Source: Octopus vulgaris (lineage: Eukaryota). Taken from it: a stretch of DNA of 64,000 nucleotides. The stretch is taken from positions 31,496,001 to 31,560,000 of the forward strand of contig OX597838.1 of assembly GCA_951406725.2 (NCBI GenBank), given 5' to 3'. This document shows, piece after piece, positions 27,187 through 39,648 of this stretch. Below the pieces are notes generated by a model. The model was not told where the DNA came from, did not search any database, and saw only the letters and a list, made by a program, of their open reading frames with translations. Position 1 is the first letter of the stretch; each line of letters opens with the position of its first letter. The position numbers and the translations under genes are program-made.

Positions 27187-27530
27187 AGGTGCAGGTGTGG
27201 TAAGAAGTTTGCTTCCCAACCACATGGTTCTGGGTTCAGTCCCATTGCATGGCATCTTCTACTATAGCCTGGGTGGGGACCAAAGCTAGTGAGTGGATTT
27301 GGTAGATGGAAACTGAAAGAAGTCCTCCATATATAATTGTGTGTGTGCCTGAGTGTGTTTGTGTTTGTTCTCCACTGCTGCTTGACAACCAGTGTTGGTT
27401 TGTTTACATCCCGATCATTTAGCAATTTGGCAAAAGAGACAAATAGAATAAATACCAGGCTCTTAAAAAAAAAGTGATGGGGTTAAATCTTTTGATTAAA
27501 AACTCTTCAAGGTAGTCAAGATAAAAGATA
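27187..27530 (+). mobile_element. Family A SINE (diverged)
   Basis: Head, core and body motifs. Confidence 0.8.
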
Positions 27531-27712
27531 ATTGCTTGAATAACTGTAACTAATCAAATGTTCTTCAACTCACTGTACTCCATATTCAAGTGCTGTTATA
27601 TGCATGTCCAGTGCAGAATCTTGAGGTATGAAAGCAGGACGTTACAAGGGTGATGGTGAACAAGGAAGGGTTCTAGAATGCATGCTATTTGTGGTGACGA
27701 AATATTGAACAA

Positions 27713-28105
27713 CTCTTTTACTTGTTTCAGTCATTTGACTGCGGCCATGCTGGAGCACCGCCTTTAGTCGATCAAATCGACCCCGGGACTTATTCTTTGT
27801 AAGCCCAGTGCTTATTCTATCGGTCTCTTTTGCCAAACCGCTAAGTGACGGGAACGTAAACACACCAGCATCGATCGGTTGTCAAGCAATGCTAGGGGGA
27901 TAAACACAGACATCAAACACACACACACATATATATATATACATATATATGACAGGCTTCTTTCAGTTTCCATCTACCAAATCCACTCACAAGACATTGG
28001 TTGGCCCGGGGCTATAGCAGAAGACACTTGCCCAAGATGCCATGCAGTGGGAATGAACCCGGAACTATGTGGTTGGTAAGCAAGCTACTTACCACACAGC
28101 CACTC
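27713..28105 (-). mobile_element. Family A SINE
   Basis: Near-complete reverse copy. Confidence 0.9.
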
Positions 28106-28382
28106 AACATTAATAATTAATTATTAGCAACAGTTCCTGCAGACTGAAATCACTTAATGTGGGAGTTCTGGCACCCAAAACACACGATTCTTCTCTGCTA
28201 TGATTTATGTCTGTGCTTTTATGCCTCATGCACCTATTTAAAAGGATCTCTGAAAGCTTAAAATGCAATATTTGGTGTTCTAACACGACATCCACATTAA
28301 GTTGGATATAAAGGTTGCCTTCCAGTGTCAATACCACTTCTGTCATTAATAATTAATCAGACAATATTTATATTGCCAAGAA

Positions 28383-28783
28383 GGCGGCGAGCTGGCAGAA
28401 ACGTTACCACACCGGGTGAAATGCTTTGTGGTATTTTGTCTGTCTTTATGTTCTGAGTTCAAATTCCACTGAGGTCGACTTTGCCTTTCCTCCTTTCGGG
28501 GTCGATAAATTAAGTACCAGTTATGCACTGGGGTCGATGTAATCGACTTAATACCTATGTCTGTCCTTGTTTGTCCCCTCTGTGTTTAGCCCCTTGTGGG
28601 TAATAAAGAAATAGGTATTTTGTCTGTCTTTATGTTCTGAGTGCAAATTCCACTGAGGTCGACTTTGCCTTTCATCCTTTCGGGGTTGATAAATTAAGTA
28701 CCAGTTGCATTCGGGGTCGATCTAATTGACTGGCCCCCCTCTCCACAAAAAATTTCGGGCCTTGTGCCTAGAGTAGAAAAGAA
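28383..28783 (+). mobile_element. Family B SINE with duplicated core
   Basis: Same dimeric organisation as 4652-5050. Confidence 0.88.
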
Positions 28784-29107
28784 TATTTATATTGCCAAAT
28801 ATTCACAATTTATACAAATTGAAAGTAAAAGGACAGGAAAGAATTTTAAAACAGCTGATAAAAATCTCGTGTTGGTGGTTACAATTATTTGGGTATATTT
28901 ATACAAGTGAAAAGGAAGCTAATGAAAAACTCATTCACAAGTGGCTATAGAAGATAAAAACCAGAGGTGTGTGACAGATAAGTATCTATATAAAGAATTA
29001 TGTCAATCTACTTTTTTTTAATATGGTTTATTTTGTGAGGATTTAAATTAATGTTTTGGAACCAGTTTTTATTTATGGACCTTTAAAAAAATCCCATTAT
29101 ATTTTTT

Positions 29108-29872
29108 CGCCTGACTGGCTCTCGTGCTGGTGGCATGTAAAAAGCACACACAACACTCTTGGGGTGGCTGGTGTTAGGAAGGGCATCTAGCTGTAGAAAC
29201 TTTACCAGATCAGATTGGAGCCTGGTGCGGCTTTCTGGCTTGCCAGCCCCAGTCAAACCGTCCAACCCATGCCAGCAAGGTCAATGGATGTTAAATGATG
29301 ATGATAATGATGATCATGTAATGGTTAATACTTATAGCAATAATTTCTGGCTTGCCAGACCTTAGTCAAACCGTCTAACCCATGCCGGCATGGAAAGCGG
29401 ATGTTAAACGACAATAATGATGATGATGATGATTAAGAAATCTTTCATCTTATCTCTTTCACTTGTTTCAGTCACTTGACCCTGGCCATGCTGGGGCACT
29501 GTTTTGAATTTTTAGTCAAATGAATTAACCCCAGCACTTATTTTTGTATAAATAAAATTCTTAGAATATTTTGTGCATTGTAGAATTATAAGCATTTATT
29601 GCATGTGCTGGTGGCATGTAAAAGGCACCAACCGATCGTGGCCATTGCCAGCCTCCCCTGGCACCTGTGCCGGTGGCACATAAAAAGCACCCACTACACT
29701 CATGGAGTGGTTGGCATTAGAAAGGGCATCCAGCTGTAGAAACACTGCCAGATCAGACTGGAGCCTGGTGCAGCCTCCTGGCTTCCCAGACCCCAGTCAA
29801 ACCGTCCAACCCATGCTAGTATGGAAAATGAACATTAAACGATGATGATGATGATGACGATGATGATGATGA
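29108..29872 (+). mobile_element. Cluster of RTE 3' ends with (GAT)n tails
   Basis: Copies at ~29110-29320, ~29345-29432 and ~29600-29872. Confidence 0.8.
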
Positions 29873-30726
29873 AATTTAAAAAAAAATCTTAGTTGGACCC
29901 TTAAGGGTCATGTTGATTTAAACTATTCATTTATATAGAAGGAAGACTATGATCTTATCATTCCAGTTTCGGTCCTGTCACAGTCGCTGGAAACAAGTGG
30001 ACAGAGATTCTACAACCATTCCAAAAAATTGCAGTTGGTTTTAATAACTCATTCCTTTGGAATTCCTCATCACTATAGCCAATAATTTGTGTGAATAGAA
30101 ATTTCAGGAAAGAATGATTAGTTCTTTTCAGCAATTTATTCAGTAAATAAATAAATATATAAACAAACAAACAAACAAATTATCAGTGCTGTCAAATAAT
30201 TAATTTAAAATGGCTTCCTTGAAACATCACATCAATTACTCTAATGAAGTATTGTCCTAACATCCTCTGGAATAACCTTGATCAACCAACATTAGCTAAA
30301 ATCTTTCTGTCATTAGTTGCTTGTTTTGGGGAAGGAAGAACTATGGTCAGAATATCTAGGACATAACTATTATTTGCTAATGTTTAAGTTGAAAGAGAAT
30401 CTGATAAGCAGTTGAAGAATTGGTCGCTTGTGTCTGGCATTGCTACTGCTGCTCGTTGGTCATAATTAAGCCACTTAGTCACTCAACAGTCCAATCCAGA
30501 AGAGTGTGATCAATTCATTTTGTTATAATGAGCCTTGCAATGCGGAATTCAACTCAAACAGCTTTGAATGTAGGAGTATCTTTGTCAGGATGAAATAAGT
30601 TTCAATTCCTTTTACCATTATGTGCACAAGTTTTGCTGAGTGGTTAAGAAGTTCGCTTCCAATCATGTGATCTCAGGTTCAGTTGCATTGCATAGCAGTG
30701 GGACAACAGCACCTTGGGCAAGTGTC

Positions 30727-30871
30727 GGATCTTTTCCTTTTAAACGGCACACAATTTCTAGTTAACTAAACACTTAAAAACTTCATATACTGGTAGAATG
30801 TGTCAAAATAAAACATGTGTTTAGTTAACTAGAAATTGTGTTGACATGTGCCGTTCAAAAGGAAAAGATCC
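30727..30871. mobile_element. 145-bp MITE of the GGATCTTTTC family inserted into a family A SINE
   Basis: TIR GGATCTTTTCCTTTT.AACGGCAC; perfect 8-bp TSD CAAGTGTC at 30719-26 and 30872-79; host SINE at ~30630-31175. Confidence 0.9.
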
Positions 30872-32103
30872 CAAGTGTCTTCCACTATAGCTCCAGGCCA
30901 ACCAAAGCCAAGCCTTTTGAGTGTATTTGGTAGATATGTGTGTGTTTATGTGTACCCTTATTTTGAGATCAGGTGATGGTTGTAAAAGAGCATTACCATG
31001 GTACAAGTGATGTTCATTTTCAGTCATTTGTGAAAAAAGCAATTTGTTATTGTGGAAATATTATCTTCCTTGGTAACAGATGACGATTGTCAACAGAGAG
31101 AGCAAACAGTTATCTACCCCAACAAATTTCGTCTGACCCATGTAAACATGGGAAAGTGGACATAAAATGATGATTACTGAATTCAATATCTACGCAATCT
31201 CCCAAGAGATATTCTGACTCACGGATCATTCTGGTTTGAAAAGAGTGTGATGGCATGCACGGTGCTGACAATGGATTGATCTGATTACCTAAAATTACAA
31301 AAAAAAAACAACAACAAAAACCCTTCAATTTGTAAAGGTTTCTAACATTTTACTATTTAATTTTCAGAAATTTTTGCAGTAGACGTTAAAATCTACATCT
31401 GTGTAGAAAATGTAAATGAAATCGGAAGAGATTGTTCAAACCGAAAAATTCACGGATCATTGAGAAGATACGATCATGTTTGGCCGATTCTTCAAGTGAA
31501 TAAATGTGAGATATCGAAGTAGTATTTCTTTTAAATAATACTGACAACGTCACCATGTATTTGATTCTGTACATATAATTCGCTGGTGCCATGGACATGT
31601 CTCTTTGAATGGGTTTCAATGTAAGAGCTACATACTGAAGCTTTTACGAAAACCTTTATTACTCTTTATCTCGACCACTGTCAGTTCCAAGCACGGTTTA
31701 TACCTTTTTCTCTGCTGTGGAGAGCTACACAACGGGGCAACTAACACTGGAGTTGTTTCCCCTGATTCCATGTTCTTGTCGGCGCAATAGAAATGTTGTA
31801 ACATGGAAACTGGTTTCTTAAGGTTGCAAGCATAGCTTTCAAATCGTTCCTTGCCCTTGAGAAAGCAATGAGGAATCTGTTCCGTGTTATTTCCTCGCGA
31901 AACCCGCAATTCTACACCCACATCTAGGACATTGCTATTACTATACATACAAGTATCTTAGACCTCATAAAAATTCGAACTTTGTACATTTAATACAGCA
32001 AAGAAAAAAACTGCATCGAGAGAAAGTGAAAAGAAACTAATTGTCATCATATGTGTGCATGTGCAGTATGTTGTGGTGCACCTGAGCACTGTATACAATA
32101 ATT

Positions 32104-32148
<45 letters not shown>

Positions 32149-32899
32149 GTGTGTTGTGTGGGAAAGTTGATTTCGTATTTCCCCCGTTATCCTTTGCCGC
32201 GAAAAAGCCCCATTTAATCATTTTAAAATAGAAAATTATTCGAATAAAATAAAATCAGCTGCATTTTTACGATCACTACCTTTGATATCGATTGTTGACG
32301 ATTAACTGCAGTAATCGAACTGCTTGATTTCATTCTGCGTCCACCATATTATACGTACAACATTCGAAAGATCGTCAAAATTTCAGTTCTCTGATTTTGC
32401 TGGACCTCTTGCCCACAAACGTGCTGTTTCATCACTCTACCTTCCATACACTATTACAATAACTTCTACTCCACACAGATGGGTTGATCTAGTTTCTACG
32501 TTCATTTCGATTCTTCTGACTTGCATCTTCTCATCAACTGCATTGTGTCCACTCTTCCAGGCCTTGCGCTAATCACTTCATCAAGTCCCTCACTTCCCCT
32601 GAGAATTCTCTTTCTGTCCGTGTTTCTTGGTAGTCGTCAACTTGCAGTCGTTCAAGAAGTTCAGCCACATCTATTTCACCAGTATGGAAATTAAGTGAGG
32701 ATCCGTGAAAGCAATAAATAAATAAATATGAATTTTTCAGCAGTATTTTGTCCTCTTTATATATGTATCAATAGGGTTAACGGTGTGCATAAACTCCTTT
32801 TCAGAAAGTTGTTAGGATTCCGATATTTTTAAAAATTGATCTTGATTGTTTCTGAGAAAGCAAGCCATGAGTAATTGCTCCAATAGTTTTATTCCATCA

Positions 32900-33322
32900 C
32901 TAGCAGTATCGCCCGGCGTTGCTCGGGTTTGTTTCGACCCTTTAGAATTGGAATTTTTGAAAAGTAAAAATTTTGCATTACGTAGCTTGTTATTCTCTTT
33001 AAGTGAACATTTTCCTGCTTGAAATACACCGAAAAATGGCGACACAGCAGTAAAAAAATCGTAAAAAATAGGGATTTTCATAGAAAAAAAAGCACCTTTT
33101 TGATGTAAATAATTTTTGGTGTTAACATGGTCCGATTTGAATTTTATCTTCTACGGAATGAAGAGCAAGCCTTCTTCTATCATATTCTCAATTTTGGTCA
33201 ACTTGTGCCGCAGGGTCTCGGAAGAGATAGTGTTAGTTGAAGGCTACCAAACCTTGATTTTTTATTATCCATAAGGACAAACCTGCCATACACAGACAAC
33301 TTCAGCTTTATATATATAGAGA
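32900..33322 (-). mobile_element. Non-autonomous Helitron
   Basis: Minus strand begins A|TCTCTATATATATAAAG and ends with hairpin CCCGAGCAACGCCGGG, then CGATACTG-CTAG|T; AT insertion site, no TSD. Confidence 0.85.
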
Positions 33323-34499
33323 TTCGTATAGCCACTGAACTAAACACCTTAAGCATTTAATTTTGCCTCTTCATTTCAAGTTTGAATTCTGCTGGAGTCA
33401 TCTCTATCTTTCATTCTTCTAGGGACCTTATAATTTCCAAGAATATCAATTTGACGGAATTGGTAGAGCGCCGTGGTAAAGCTTACCTTTATCTTCCTGA
33501 TTTGAGGAGTTACCCGTAAATGTAGTGAAAGCGATCCTATACTCTTCCCTTTATGCATATAGAACAGAAATAATTTTATTTAAAAAAAATCGCCGTAGTA
33601 ATCTCTGTAAAAGAGAAATGTTCTCAAAGACCTAAGTTTGCGAACCTAGTTCTGTTTCTTCATTAACACCACACTACTTTCTAGTCTGGAAAGTGGCAAC
33701 TGTCTAGAATTTTTAATTCTCCTCTCTTAAACCCACCAGACTGCCTGCCTGATTATTGAACAAAAATATTATGCATAATTCTGACAGTTGGCACGATCAG
33801 ATTTATATGACATTGTGCACAGAACAACGGAGAAGCGACTTCAACACACAAAAATTCCGAGAGTACATTGATCTCAGTGTGGAAAAGAACAAACAAAAGA
33901 AAAACAAACAGAAATTTATTTCTTTGATGTTACATGCAGCCATATATTACCAATAGTTACATTGAAGGAAGTAATGTAGTATCTCCTGAGAATTACTTTA
34001 AAAATGTTAAGAATTCTTATTGCTGCAAAGTAGATATTTTTTTAATAAATAAACCAGAATCTGAAGAAACTAGGACGAAAATTAGAAAGATGTAGAACTA
34101 TAAATTTCAGTCTTCAAAGTAGTAGAAATATAAATTTCAGTCCTATCAAATATTTAATGTAAATCGTTATTATGAATTATACAATTTTCAGATTTGAATA
34201 ATTTTGTATGCGAGGGGTGGGGGTGGGCATTAGTTCTAGTGTTTCGGATAGGATTCTTAGTAACGGGGGATGAACCCAAAAAAACAACTAGGCAGCCCTT
34301 GTATTTTCTCTCCTAAGAAGGTCCACGTTCGAAGCGCGAAGTTACGACTACCCCCTCACCACTACATAACTTATACAAATCTGCGAACTTTACTATTTGA
34401 ATTAATGTTTCACAGTAAATTTTGATAATACTCATATCTGTTTCCATTGGAAATAGTCACCAAAACTGTTTGTACCAAATCTAAAAGTCTATCAGAAAA

Positions 34500-35107
34500 T
34501 ATTTATATTAAAATGATAAAACTTCATTATGTCTAATTATTTGTTGGCGAGTCTCGCTCTATCGAATGGCAGACGACAGGAAGAGGAGAGACAATTACAA
34601 ATGACAAGTGCGTAAATGTCGATAAATTCCAACAACTTTGCTTGAAAGTATTATAGATTTATCGAGTGTATCTATTTATGTTGTTATTTGTATTTCTTTT
34701 TATTCTTTCTTCCATAAGTTTAAAAGCTTCGTCTTCCATAATAAACCCGTTACAGCTGTTCAGGCAGACGACACAAGTAGCAGAAAGCAGTTTAACTGGT
34801 GATGTCGTAACTGCTAGTGTTCACACTTCTGCTTCAAACAGTCGTTTAAAGCAGAAAATAGTAAAAAAGCAAAACACCACACGAGCCTTTAAAACCGAAC
34901 AGTCACTTATATGCGTAGATTTTTGCTATTTAATTCTGTACAACGAATTTTTGGAAGAAATGAAAGCCGAAAAAAATTATCATCTGACTTTCTAACGACA
35001 TTGAATGAATTCATTGACGGCAGTTGAACCTTAGCCGTAAAGGCGAAGTTATCGTGAAGCGGCTGAGACTTAACAAAACAAGCTGGATGGTTTGAAAAGT
35101 GGCAAAC
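34500..35107 (+). promoter_or_regulatory. CpG-rich promoter and long 5' UTR of a rightward gene, with uORFs
   Basis: Unique CpG-rich DNA directly upstream of a Kozak ATG and donor site; downstream DNA becomes strongly CpG-depleted. Confidence 0.5.
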
Positions 35108-35172
35108 ATGCCGGTATTTCTATGGATGTCCGGTATTGTTATCATCCTCCTCACCCTCTGGATACTCACCAG
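35108..35172 (+). CDS. First coding exon of an unidentified protein with an N-terminal signal or membrane anchor (MPVFLWMSGIVIILLTLWILTR)
   Basis: CAAACATG start context, hydrophobic 21-aa stretch, donor CAG|GTCAGT (phase 2); downstream coding exons not identified. Confidence 0.6.
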
Positions 35173-37529
35173 GTCAGTCCTTCTCACTCAACACTTCTTT
35201 ATTCGTTTGTTATTCGTTGTTGATGTTATTTGTTATTTATTATTCTACACCCAACAACATCACAGCTTTCTGTTTATTGCAAATGGATGTTAGATAATGC
35301 GATGCTTCTGCCGTTGTTTTTTAAATAAAATTCACTAAATACGAAGATTTAAAGTCGGTGTGTCGTGAAAGAGGGGTTGAGTTTTTGCGTTTGGAGCGGT
35401 GAGGGCTTCCTCCTTCCTTCGGAAAAGAACTGGAAGAATGGGAAGTTTCCAAGTAGGGCCTCTGCTCAAAACCTCAAAACCCGCCTCTATAAACTCAGCT
35501 CATTTTACAAATTCTGTCAATTAATTTTCAGCCGAAACATATAATTCTTAGTTTCTCTCGGACTCTAGTGTTTTATTTTAACCAATTCCAAACGAACAAA
35601 CCTACCTGCTAACCTCTAAGAAGAACCGTGTCCCAAACGTGAAACCTATCACCACAAACCCGTCTTATTATTTTAATAATTTCATTAAATGTTTTTTCTA
35701 TTTCTTTTCGACACAGGCTATAACTAATTTCCTCACAGTCTAATATTTCCCCCTTAACTTTTGACAAACCTGTAATTTATTTAATTAGATAAGGGAGAGG
35801 GGCCCTGCTTCGGAACTTCAGAAATGCACCTCGCCTCATAAGACTACGAGGCTAGCTAACCAGGGAGGCTTCTTCGTGGTTCATCCAAAATGCTGGATAT
35901 AACAGTCAAAATATCTTACTGTCATAAATAAAGAATGCATTAGACAACATAATGCTCGATATACTAGAAGACGGGATGGTCACATCTAGTACGCCTCTAG
36001 TCATGTTTGTTTGTCCAGGGCTGACTCGAGGCTAAATAATAAACAACATAGAAACTTATCTTATTTTACCATGTTTTTTTTTTGTTATTTAAGACGATAT
36101 AAAGCATCATTAGTTTTCTCAAATATGTCCTTTTCCTTAACCAATTACCTACCTATCAAACTAATTAAACTCATTAACAATGAAGGGCCATGTAAACGAA
36201 ACGTCATCACCCATCATTTCTTATCTTATTCAATTTCAAGTGTTTTCTCCTGACACAACATATCACTGTTTCTTTTTTTATGCTATTATTTATTAATAGG
36301 AGTTCCAATTACAAAGAAATATCTTTATTTACAAATCCTCATTTTTAATTGATGTTCACATTCTAGAAATTACTACAAATTCTTTCTCTCCAAGTGATTC
36401 TATTACCAAACCCATCCGAGACAACCCCTATTCCCAAAGACACAAAATTGGGTCCATTTTTCTCTCTAAAGTGTTCATTATTTAAATTAAAAACCCTCCG
36501 ACAGAAATATTTATGTAAAGAGGCTCTTTTTTAATTCATAACGAAAAAGTAATTTTTGTTAAATTCCTGAAAATTCTTAATTATTTTCGAAACTGAAACC
36601 ATAGACCGGTGTCTTTCTTTTGAAATAGAGTCACGAAAGGTGAACCAACAAAAGTAGTCTCTGCACCGTTGCTCGACTTCCTAGAAACAGTAGCTAAATT
36701 TCACTTAAATCACACCCTATCGTCTCAAAAAAAAAAAAATGGGACACAAATTTAAGTATGTTATGGCTGAAAAAAATATGGGATGGTCATGATGGGAATG
36801 CTTTGTGTCATAGGTATGTTTGCTCAACCAAAGATAATGAAAACTACCAACGTAATATATTAACTTATTCTTTTTTTTCCTTCCAAGTTTCTTTATTCAC
36901 TGTTGGTAACTCTCTTCAAATATTTGTTATTATTATTAAGAAATAATAATGATAATAATAATTGATTTGTGGAGTTTTGCCGAACAGCTGTTGTTGCATA
37001 TATCATGGATCCGGCTATTAACCAAGTCCATCATGATGACACCCCTACCACCTTCATTTGGTTCGGAAGGGTAGGCAGTTTTCCCCTGCTTGGTTACTTT
37101 GGTAAGAAGTTGTGTAGTGGGCACAATGAAAGGACTGCAGACACAATTTCTTTGTGGATTAAACACTTATCGACTTCTTAAGTTGCACCTGTAGAGGTGA
37201 AAAGTGAGGGTCAAGATGCAGGTGGGTACCCTTCAGTAAATTTGTTGGAAAGTGAGTAAAGAAGGCCTAAATGAATGAGCCTACTCTCAGCATGTCTACT
37301 GGACCAAGGTATGACAGCTAGGGTATAGGACTTGCCCTTGGTAGTTAGGGTAATTCTGGATCAGCAGGGTTTTTTGATTGTCCCCACCCCCAGGTAGTTC
37401 TGCTTTTAGGACTCCAGCACATATATTTGCATATTGTATATATTATATTTTCTCTTCATTCTGCCAATATATATGGGCTTTCCTTTTTGTAACTAGTCTT
37501 TGTAATGTTGCTCTTCATCTATCATCCTT

Positions 37530-37995
37530 GTCATCATCATCATCATCATCGTTTAGCATCCGTTTTCCATGCTAGCATGGGTTGGACGGTTCAACTGGGG
37601 TCTGTGAAGCCGGAAGGCTTCATCAGGCCTAGTCAGATCTGGCAGTGTTTCTACGGCTGGATGCCCTTCCTAACGCCAACCACTCCGTGAGTGTAGTGGG
37701 TGCTTTTTACATGCCACCCGCACAGGTGCCAGACAGAGCTGGCAAACGGCCACAAATGGATGGTGCTTTTTATGTGCCACCGGCACAAGGGCCAGGCGAG
37801 GCTGGCAATGGACACGAACGGATGGTGCTTTTTACGTGCCACTGGCATGAGGCCAGTTGGGGTGGCGCTGGCAACGGTCACGAACGGATGGTTCTCTTAC
37901 ATGCCACATGGTAACTGCAATTTCCATTGATCGATTTCGATTCTGATCCTCACTTGCCTCAACAGGTCTTCACAAGTAGAGTTTTGTGTCCCAAG
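37530..37995 (-). mobile_element. RTE 3' UTR with four ~62-bp internal repeats
   Basis: (CAT)n tail, GGATGCCCTTCCTAACGCC, tandem GGTGCTTTTTACGTGCCACCGGCAC units. Confidence 0.85.
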
Positions 37996-38642
37996 AAGGG
38001 AACAATAAAGGAAATATTAACAGGGTGGTGGACTGTCAGAATTGGCAGAGCAGCTGTGGAAACGCCTTGTGGTATTCAGTCATATTCCTTGACATTCTAA
38101 GTTCAAATCCCATCATAGTTAACTTTTCATCCCTATAGGGCCTGATAAAATAAGTACCAGTCATGTATTAAGAATGGGTATACTCGTCTGTAACTGCTCC
38201 ATTAAATGTGAGGCCTTGGGCTTGTTAGATGCACTTATTTTTTACTTTTATCATTGGTACAGATTTTAAGGACTTTATAAAATCAAACAAATTTGATCCC
38301 TCTGTGAACATGGTGGCCCAAAACTATATGCAATAAGGTGTAAGGTATTTTAAACATGTCCACCCCCTTTTTTATTTATATAATGGACCCTGTCTTTGAC
38401 GGGTGTGTTTTAACTCTGCCTAGAAAGGACCAACTTCATATTACCAGCTGTTTTATATGTTTATGCACAGAAACACATATATGGTATACACATAAGATAT
38501 ATATATATGCTTAAGGGGTGGATATTGTATATTAATTTATACGGCACCACCACCTCATTATGTTTCCCTCTATGGCCTGGTTTGGGTCCATAATTGCCCT
38601 TCCTACTCTGGATTTTTAAAGTGATCTGTTGTTATTCATTAA

Positions 38643-39043
38643 TTCTTTACTTGTTTCAGTCATTTGACCGTGACCATGCAAGAGTACCACCTTGTAGGGT
38701 TTCAGTTGAACAAATTGACCCCAGGACTTATTCTTTGTAAACCTAGTACTAATTCTGTCGGTCTCTTTTGTTGAACTGCTAAGTTACAGGGATGTTAACG
38801 TACTACCATTAATTGTCAAGCGATGATGCAGGGACAGACACAAAAGACACACACACACACATAAATATATACATATATATATGACAGGCTTCTTTCAGTT
38901 TCTATCTACCAAATCCACTCACAAGGCTTTGGTTGGTCCAAGTCTATAGTAGAAGACACTTGCTCAAAGTGTGATGCAGTGGAACTGAACCCAGAACCAT
39001 GTGGTTGTGAAGCAAGCTTCTTACCACACAGCCATGTCTGTGC
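38643..39043 (-). mobile_element. Family A SINE
   Basis: Complete reverse copy, CpG-decayed. Confidence 0.85.
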
Positions 39044-39648
39044 CTTATAAAATACAGTTAAATCAGTTAAAAATACTGCATTTTTTCTAACCTGTTTTAA
39101 AACTGATTTCATAAATAATAGTTTACAATTCACACACATGGACAAAGAAAATTAAGTAATGTATTTGAGAAGCATATTAAGAAGGTATAGTTCTGTTGGG
39201 CATTATGTGAACACCTTGATATGGATACACGCACATACGGATTAATATATCTATCGATCTCATTAAGCTTGCCAGTTCTGGTTTCCTTCAATGAGATCCT
39301 ATACACACTACAGGCACTGCTCTTACTTTCATGCTGACATCAAGTTACATCTCAGTCTATGTTCATGTCTTTCCTACAGGTATCAGGGAACAAGTCGGCA
39401 CTGATACTGTATGTATCAATCTAAGAAGTAAAAGAGGATCTACAAAAACCATAGCTGCTGTCCCTTTTCTATTTGAATTGCATATACTTATACATATCAT
39501 CGTCCTTGTTGTTTAATGCTGGCATGGATTGGACAGTTTGACAGGAGCCAGCCACTGTGTCTGTTTTGACATGGTTTTTATGGTTGAGTGCCCTTCCTAA
39601 CACCAACCTACCCGCAGAGAGGATTGGGTGCTTTTTACATGGCACTAA

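Noticed and set aside
31386-31948. Two adjacent minus-strand ORFs (106 and 77 aa) in unique CpG-rich DNA
   Set aside because: No recognisable domain or splice framework; cannot be supported without a homology search
32330-32700. Purine-rich minus-strand stretch with short frames (GEIDVAELLERLQVDDYQE...)
   Set aside because: Stops in all frames; at best a very old LINE remnant
37699-37912. CRISPR-like repeat-spacer appearance
   Set aside because: The spacers are homologous to each other, the array is part of a LINE 3' UTR, the DNA is eukaryotic and there are no cas genes
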